From Candidatus Chisholmbacteria bacterium RIFCSPHIGHO2_01_FULL_52_32 (lineage in GTDB: Bacteria; Patescibacteriota; Microgenomatia; UBA1400; Chisholmbacteraceae), in NCBI GenBank assembly GCA_001816585.1, contig MHCJ01000002.1, positions 1 to 38,367 of the forward strand: 38,367 nucleotides of DNA. Direction: 5' to 3'. The notes under the pieces were generated by a model that saw nothing but the letters and a program-made list of their open reading frames with translations, was not told the DNA's origin and did no database searches. The translations under genes and the position numbers were made by a program. The first letter of the stretch is position 1. Each line of letters opens with the position of its first letter. This document shows positions 1 through 5,800 of this stretch, piece by piece.

Positions 1-1422
1 GGGCGTCAGTCCACCCTGGTTGACAAGGTTCGACCTTGTCAGTCCTCCCTCCTTCGCCTCGCCGGAGTCCTGGACGAAGGCGGGTCCCCTCTGCTCTTCG
101 CTCTCTGCCATCCGCCCTCCACCCTCAACCCTCGACCCTAAACCCTCTCCTCTCATCATCCCTATCCCGAACACCCTCCCCAACCAGCCAATTGGGAACT
201 GTGGACTTTTGACTTTTGACTTTTGACTTTGGACTACTCCTTCTCCCGCCTCACGGGAGAAGGAGAGGACCACTGCCAACGTGAAGTAGTATTTCAAACT
301 ATATAAAAAGAATACGCTCCCCATCATAAGCGCAATTGAAGCAAACACCCATCCCATAGCTTGATAGAGGCTCGCGGCTGATCCAATCAGCCTCCCCCAC
401 TCAAAGCTGCCAAACAGAATGAGAAATACAAGAAGGAGGAACGGAGAGGAGCGGAACAAAGAAGAAAGAGCCGGAACTAACCCCGGTGCCGCCGGCCCAG
501 AGGGCCTCAGGCCCGGAGGGGGTCCCGCCGGAGCCCGCGTCGGCACGAACTGCTCAAACACCTGCTTCAGACGGCCAAGCCAGGATAGTTCCGGCCGTAC
601 ATCCAGTATCTCTTCGGCCTGCCGCCGTAAAAACCTTGCATACGCTTCCCGCAAGGACACAGAGGCAAGGTTATGGCTGCGCAGCACTTTCCATACGGTA
701 AAGCTTGAGGCGGGCACAAAGCTTGCGAGCCTGTGGACGGAAAGCCGAGGCTGGCTCGCAACAAGTGATAGAAGTTTCTCCTCTATCAACGGGTAAATCG
801 CCCGCGGATGTGCAGCCGCGCGAGCATATCGCTCCCGAAATGCCTCCGAACTAATCAACCCGATTTCTGATGCCCTCTTATACTTTTCAATCCACTTATA
901 GATAGTTTTTCTGGCAACCCCATGTCGTTTCGAAAGCTCGGAAATCGGTACATTCTCATCAATTGCCTCCCTGACGATGGAAAGCTTGATTTCCGGAGTC
1001 AACCGCCCCGGCCCCGACCACTGCTTGGCAAAAACCCTTCGAAGTGCCGGCGTTGAAACCCCGAGTGAACGTAGCAGCTTAAAAACACCAAAGTACCCGA
1101 CGGAGATGCCCCGCTTCTTTAACTCATAGCTGAACTTCCTGCATCCCCATTCGGGGTGCGCTACGGCCAAACGAACAAGCACTAGACGCGCCGCTTCAGC
1201 CGCTATCCTTGGGTGGCGATCTCCTGAAACATACCGAGGTTCAAGTGAAGCAGCCTTAAGCCGGGCCGGGCTACTTTGATATCGCTTAATCCATTTATAG
1301 ATAGTCTTGCGGGCGACGCCGAACTCTCGACTGACAGCAGAAACGGGTTTTCGCGCCTGAAGAACCGCCTCAACGGCCTGGCGCTTAAGTGAAGAAGAAA
1401 TGCGGAGCCTCTGGGCAGACAT
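1..1422 (-). CDS. Partial CDS whose 3' end runs off the window start: N-terminal 474 aa of a paralogue of the HTH-HTH-TM-GT2 fusion at 2843..7765
   Basis: Absent from the ORF track because no stop lies in the window. Hand check: ATG is the complement of 1420-1422, and no tta/cta/tca triplet occurs in frame down to position 1. An upstream in-frame stop lies at 1486-1488. The translation has two HTH modules (MSAQRLRISSSLKRQAVEAVLQARKPVSAVSREFGVARKTIYKWIKRY... and ...ISELSKRHGVARKTIYKWIEKY...). TM helices follow (...WVFASIALMMGSVFFLYSLKYYFTLAVVLSFSREA...), colinear with the first ~470 aa of the 1640-aa ORF. Nucleotide blocks 164-189 and 268-354 match 6441-6466 and 6575-6661. Confidence 0.8.
   Translation of the reverse strand, partial: MSAQRLRISSSLKRQAVEAVLQARKPVSAVSREFGVARKTIYKWIKRYQSSPARLKAASLEPRYVSGDRHPRIAAEAARLVLVRLAVAHPEWGCRKFSYELKKRGISVGYFGVFKLLRSLGVSTPALRRVFAKQWSGPGRLTPEIKLSIVREAIDENVPISELSKRHGVARKTIYKWIEKYKRASEIGLISSEAFRERYARAAAHPRAIYPLIEEKLLSLVASQPRLSVHRLASFVPASSFTVWKVLRSHNLASVSLREAYARFLRRQAEEILDVRPELSWLGRLKQVFEQFVPTRAPAGPPPGLRPSGPAAPGLVPALSSLFRSSPFLLLVFLILFGSFEWGRLIGSAASLYQAMGWVFASIALMMGSVFFLYSLKYYFTLAVVLSFSREAGEGVVQSQKSKVKSPQFPIGWLGRVFGIGMMRGEGLGSRVEGGGRMAESEEQRGPAFVQDSGEAKEGGLTRSNLVNQGGLTP
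115..149. repeat. 7-nt periodic tract CCCTNNA x5, in frame inside CDS 1..1422
   Basis: Units are ccctcca ccctcaa ccctcga ccctaaa ccctctc. The sense (minus) strand reads GGG-N4 x5 and encodes ..GEGLGSRVEGGG.. Confidence 0.8.
204..238. repeat. Heptamer tract GACTTTT x3 plus two degenerate units, in frame inside CDS 1..1422
   Basis: Units are gactttt gactttt gactttt gactttg gactact. The sense strand (AAAGTCA)n encodes QSQKSKVKS. The tract lies in the variable cassette between conserved flanks. Confidence 0.85.
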
Positions 1423-1469
1423 ACGTCTTAATGACTGGCTATGAAAGAACCTATAAAATCAGCTTCAAA

Positions 1470-1503
1470 CCCTCTCTCTATACCCTAAACCCTATACCCT
1501 AAC
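1470..1503. repeat. CCCTA[AT]A-type 7-nt periodic tract in the 5' leader of CDS 1..1422
   Basis: ccctctc tctata ccctaaa ccctata ccctaac, which reads TTAGGG/TATAGGG-like on the minus strand. Confidence 0.75.
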
Positions 1504-1514
1504 CACTATTATAA

Positions 1515-1544
1515 AGTGTTACCTACCATGCTAACACCTGTCAA
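1515..1544 (-). promoter_or_regulatory. Putative promoter block for CDS 1..1422, conserved with 7780..7808
   Basis: The minus strand reads cTTGACAggtgttagcatggtaggTAACACt. The other paralogue has cTTGACAcaatacccatgaaaggTAACAAT upstream of its start. Shared elements are cTTGACA, catg and aggtaaca. Confidence 0.35.
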
Positions 1545-1716
1545 GCCCCAAAGATTACTCTGGAAAAACTCCATGTGCTCCTGTGAAAACACGTCGCGAA
1601 GGCAACCAATCAAACAAATTCGAAGCAAAAGACGGAACGGGCCCCCACCACGGACAAGCGCCGTCTGCAAGCCTAACAGCACTTGTTGATTCCGAGTGCA
1701 ATAAAGAAACCACGCT

Positions 1717-1982
1717 CTTATTCCCCTTTGGAGATCGTGCAGTATGAAGCGAGTCGAGCTCGTGCGGGAAACGGAAACTGAACCTGATCCGCCAGCTTGC
1801 GGAGAAGGTAAATTTCCGAGGGCTCCCGCCGAGCGAAACGAAGTGACACCAGCAGAGCTTCACGAGGCACCCTTTCTTGCCTGCCCGCCGTAGTTTCCGA
1901 ATGCGAAGCACGACTAGGTATCGAGCGATCAAGTCGCGAAACGAATGGCGGGGTTACTTCTTTGGGTGCGCAAAGAAGTAAC
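1717..1982. ncRNA. Candidate structured noncoding element, copy X (partner copy at 34005..34194); strand unresolved
   Basis: No convincing ORF in the 800-nt gap. A perfect 12-bp hairpin spans 1953-1982 (gttacttctttg / ggtgcg / caaagaagtaac). The loop-edge gggtgc (1964-1969) is complementary to gcaccc (1867-1872). Blocks are shared with copy Y: ttcccctttgRa, gaRaacgaagtga and gYRccctttctt. Confidence 0.4.
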
Positions 1983-2220
1983 TAGCCTTCTATACGCTCA
2001 ACAGCCGCTGATTCTTTCTCCTCAAAAACAAAAGCATAACTAAACCCCTGCCCGCCAAAGCAACCCGAACGGAGCCTCGACAAATGATCGAGGCGCAGTA
2101 TCGAGAGCGCCGGAGGGCCCGCCCCGCATACGACGTGCCTGAGAGTGTAGGCGGTACGCCACAGATCAGGCAGGATTTGTGCGGGGACCAGAAGACTCAA
2201 CCGTCAGGTTGAGAAAAAAG

Positions 2221-2853
2221 CTATGTTGACCGCACGCTACCCATCAGAGATCCTTTTTCCTCTAATACGTACGCGTAGGAAAACCACCAGAAGAAAAATA
2301 ACCAAGCCAGGACCGCGAGCGTCGAACCGTAGTCATGAAAGACAATCGCAACCGACTGGCCGAAGGCATACGCGATCAGGACAACGGCCGCAATCCGGAA
2401 CAGATTCACCAAAAACGTTCCCAAGAACCCGATCATCCACGCCTTAACCTTTGACAAATCCGTATATCGGTCCCCCTGCAAACCAACCCATGAGGTAATC
2501 ACGAAGAACAACAAAGATTGCCATCCGATGCAGTTCCAGGCAATCTCAACTAATAGTTGAGATTGTCCTGAGCGACTGAAAGGAGTCGAAGGACCCCCTC
2601 CGATCGCCAAATACTCCCCAACAACGCCCGGCTTAAGCCCAAGCGGCCAAAGGATCACCCCCACCATCCTAACCTCCCAGGGAACAACGTAATCTTGGAT
2701 CACCTTATATCCATCTAAACTCATCACAATACGTGTTAATACATCATTGAAAGTCGTTACAAAAGGCATAAAAACCAGTACTACAACCAAGATTATGAAT
2801 ATCCAGATAAAAGTTTCTTTTTCCAATAATATGGTTTTTTGTTTAATGAGCAT
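2221..2853 (-). CDS. Exosortase/archaeosortase-family-like polytopic membrane protein (210 aa)
   Basis: Start chosen at the internal ATG 2853 (MLIKQKTILLEK...). The longer ORF to 2973 would lie inside the upstream gene. Motifs resembling the exosortase Cys/Arg/His set: ..VEIAWNC(108)IGWQSLLFF.., ..FLVNLFR(153)IAAV.., ..AIVFH(173)DYGS... The protein is hydrophobic throughout. It overlaps the stop of the 1640-aa gene by 11 nt. Confidence 0.6.
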   Translation of the reverse strand: MLIKQKTILLEKETFIWIFIILVVVLVFMPFVTTFNDVLTRIVMSLDGYKVIQDYVVPWEVRMVGVILWPLGLKPGVVGEYLAIGGGPSTPFSRSGQSQLLVEIAWNCIGWQSLLFFVITSWVGLQGDRYTDLSKVKAWMIGFLGTFLVNLFRIAAVVLIAYAFGQSVAIVFHDYGSTLAVLAWLFFFWWFSYAYVLEEKGSLMGSVRST

Positions 2854-5800
2854 TTTTCTCCTTGCGCCAACCCTTGAGCGCTTTTGGCAAAAACGGGGCC
2901 AGTACCAATAAAATGAGGGATTTTTCGGGAACTGTCGCGAATTCAAAATTGCCGGTGCCTTGCCGCAAGACAACTCCAGCCTCTGAAATATTGGTAACTA
3001 CTCTCATCGAGGCAACATGGCCCAAGTCTCCCGGACTAAAACCGTATGGGCAACCTCCTACCGATTGGCAAACATCGCTTTCAACCGAATTAGTAGCTTC
3101 GTCCCACCTTAAGAAATAGGCTTGTTCCGATGTATCCTTAATTACGGAAAGAATTAGGTCGTTTTCGCTTGAAGCGTATGTTGCCGTTGCATAAATCAGG
3201 TTGGTTGCGCCGGTAAAAACACTGGAAGACGACCAGCTCCTTCCCGCATCGGTGCAAGGAGTTGCACAGCGATACAGGGTTGATGTATTAGCTCCATTAA
3301 CCGCATGAACATAAAAATCACCATCACTAGTCTTAACCAGACCAAAGCTTGTGGAAGTGTTGGCCGTGTCTATTGCAACTTCGGTTCCCCATGTATTGCC
3401 TGATACATCGCGGTAGTTATGCCTTAAGCCCGTGGCACCGGCCTCCTGCCAAACAAAGTGAATGTTGTTTCCGTCGACTGTTGCTGTCAACTGGTCTGCT
3501 GCGGTAATCCCTGAACCGGTGGTAATATCCGTAAAGGTAACTGATCCGTCACAATTTGCCGTTACTCCCGTTACCTCCAAGACATCCGGATCGTCAGAAT
3601 AACTGACAACGAAGTCCCCGTTGGTCCCTTTATTAATGCTCACATAATCACTAAGGTTTACGTTGCCTAAATCGGCACTGGAACAAACTGCAGTTCCTGG
3701 AGTATCCGAACTGGCGGTATCAATAGATTGAAAGTTGATATCATCCCCCGTGGTGTTTGTGTCGTCAAACCAGGCGACCCAAATGGTAGTTCCATCAAGG
3801 GTAACAACCGGTCCTTCATTGTCTGTATCACCGCCATCGCTCATTAAAACATCGCTTCCGCTACTCCAGCTGGCTCCTCCATTATTGCAATTACTGGAGC
3901 ATTTCCGGTAGGCAATCCTGCCTCCGTCGTTGTGGAAGGCATAATAAGCATTTGAAACATAAACAAGCTTTTGCTCCTGGCCTCCAAAATCAACATCGGC
4001 ATCAACGATATTTCCTGAAACAATCACCGAAGGGTCAAGCACTACTGGATATATTCTATTCGGAGCGCTCGTCCACTCTAAAGCACCTCTTTCCAATTTT
4101 TTGATAAATGTATACGAGGTTAAATCCTTTTCAACCTCGAATTTTATGTCCCTGTTTCTTTCGGACGTATTATTCTTTTCGTAAACTACACCTTCTCCCA
4201 ATTTGAATACTTCATTGTTTTCCTCATCGAATACGCCATACGTTCCATTTGTACCAATAAGTCGGACCTCATGGAGAGCCATCTTCTGCATAATGCCTTT
4301 AATGGGAAGTCTCTCTCTGATGATAAATTGCTCAATAAACCCGCTTGGTTTGATTTTATAAACAAGGTCAACGCCCTCTACTATTTCCTCATAACGAACC
4401 TCTTGGTCATCAATAATGAGGCTTTTCTTTGGACTTACCGCCCCGATACCGGTAATTTCCAGAGTGGTAATTTCCATTTCTCTTTCGCCAATTTTTATTC
4501 TCACTCTTGGTTCTTTGTGAAATATCATCTCCAATTCTCTTCCGTCTTCCTGTGTAACTCTTATCTGTCTCGGTGTGCCTATAACTTCAACCTTAGTCTC
4601 TGGTGTCTTGCCTTCAACAGCGTCCTGAACCGAAACGAATTTCTCTCCCGAGTTTGCCTGGGCAGTGGCTGTAATGGGTATAAAAGGAGCCATGATTACA
4701 AGAAGGCTGGTTATTAATACCACAAGGGAGAATGCCGCATCCCCAGCCCAACGCATATGACGCGGCCTTATTCTGAAGTTTTGGAATCGGTTATTGGCCG
4801 TAGCAAGGACAAGGTAGGGTTGAATCGTACCAATCAATGAGCCCTTGGAAATCCGGCTCTGGAGAGGTGCAGGCCACCTGCTTGGCAGGATTCCGGACAT
4901 AAACCGATAGAACCGTCCCCTCCGAAATATATCCGTGATTCTGCCCGTCTTCGGTGTCCGGAACCAGGGCCCCTCTGAGCGCTCTAAAAATCCCTTCACC
5001 GATGCGTACGCTTGAAACGGGACAAGCAGGTACGAAAGGGTTACAAAAGAGAATATTCCTAAATAATCCCGCTCCTCCGCCTCCTCAAGAAACAACCCGA
5101 CGGTATTGAGAAGTGGCAGAGATAGCAAGTTGGTTACCACCAAAGACCAACCCCACACCTGGGTCCAAAATGGGAGACGGGTACGGAAAACCATCTCAGA
5201 AATAAGCCAGCTGACTGTGCCAATCAGAAAGAAGGCGGCTTGGAGGTAGTAGGGGGAAAGGTAGAGGAACTCCAGTTTCTCTGAAAAAGAGAGGGGGGAA
5301 GGTAACCACACCATTCCCTGTTTCTGGGAGGGATAATTGTTATATTGTTCTATTGTTCTATTGTTTTCCTGTCTGAAACTTTGAACTTTAAACTGTAACT
5401 TTTCACTTTGAACTTTAAACTTTGAACTTTCAACATCCGCCCACCGGCCAAACAGGAGCCTCAGGAATGTCTTGCGGATGTTGAAGGAGTGTCCCTCCGC
5501 CCAGCGCATCCGCTGCCTGACGAGTCGCTGGAGGGTGGACACGCATTCCGCGGGAGCCTGGATATATGGGGTGTATAAGACTTTATATCCCGCTTCGTAA
5601 AGCCTTAAGGTAAGCTCAAAGTCTTCGGTAAGAGTTGTTCCCCACCCAAAACGGTCGAGCAAGTCCCTGCGTATCATATAGACAGACCCGGCAATCAATT
5701 TCATACCACCGTAGAGTTCATTCCCACTCCGCTCAACGACATACGACCCGGCGTATTCGGATCGGATGCCCCTGGTAATCCAGTTCTCCGATTTGTTCAG

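Noticed and set aside
1555-2200. ORFs 1555..1932 and 1982..2200 (minus) as protein genes. The same applies to 33831..34283 and 34027..34440.
   Set aside because: The translations are Arg/Ser/Cys-rich with no recognisable motifs. Similarity between the two regions is in short nucleotide blocks with variable spacing that breaks any common frame. An RNA or DNA element is the better interpretation.
2196-2213. Hairpin ctcaacc-gtca-ggttgag as an intrinsic terminator for the xrt-like gene
   Set aside because: On the minus strand the T-run precedes the stem rather than following it, and only ucuucugg follows. On the plus strand an A-run follows. Neither orientation is canonical.
1555-2220. Group II intron, tRNA, tmRNA or RNase P RNA in the long noncoding gap
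   Set aside because: I found no GUGYG 5' end, no domain V-like hairpin, no T-loop GTTCRAATC and no GAGGAAAGTCC-type RNase P signature on either strand.
2854-2973. N-terminal extensions offered by the ORF track (2973, 16017, 18640, 23007, 8365, 31475)
   Set aside because: Each extension overlaps the upstream gene or precedes the mapped promoter. Each internal ATG sits right at the conserved N-terminal motif (GxxGxxG, signal/TM or HTH), so the shorter starts were preferred.
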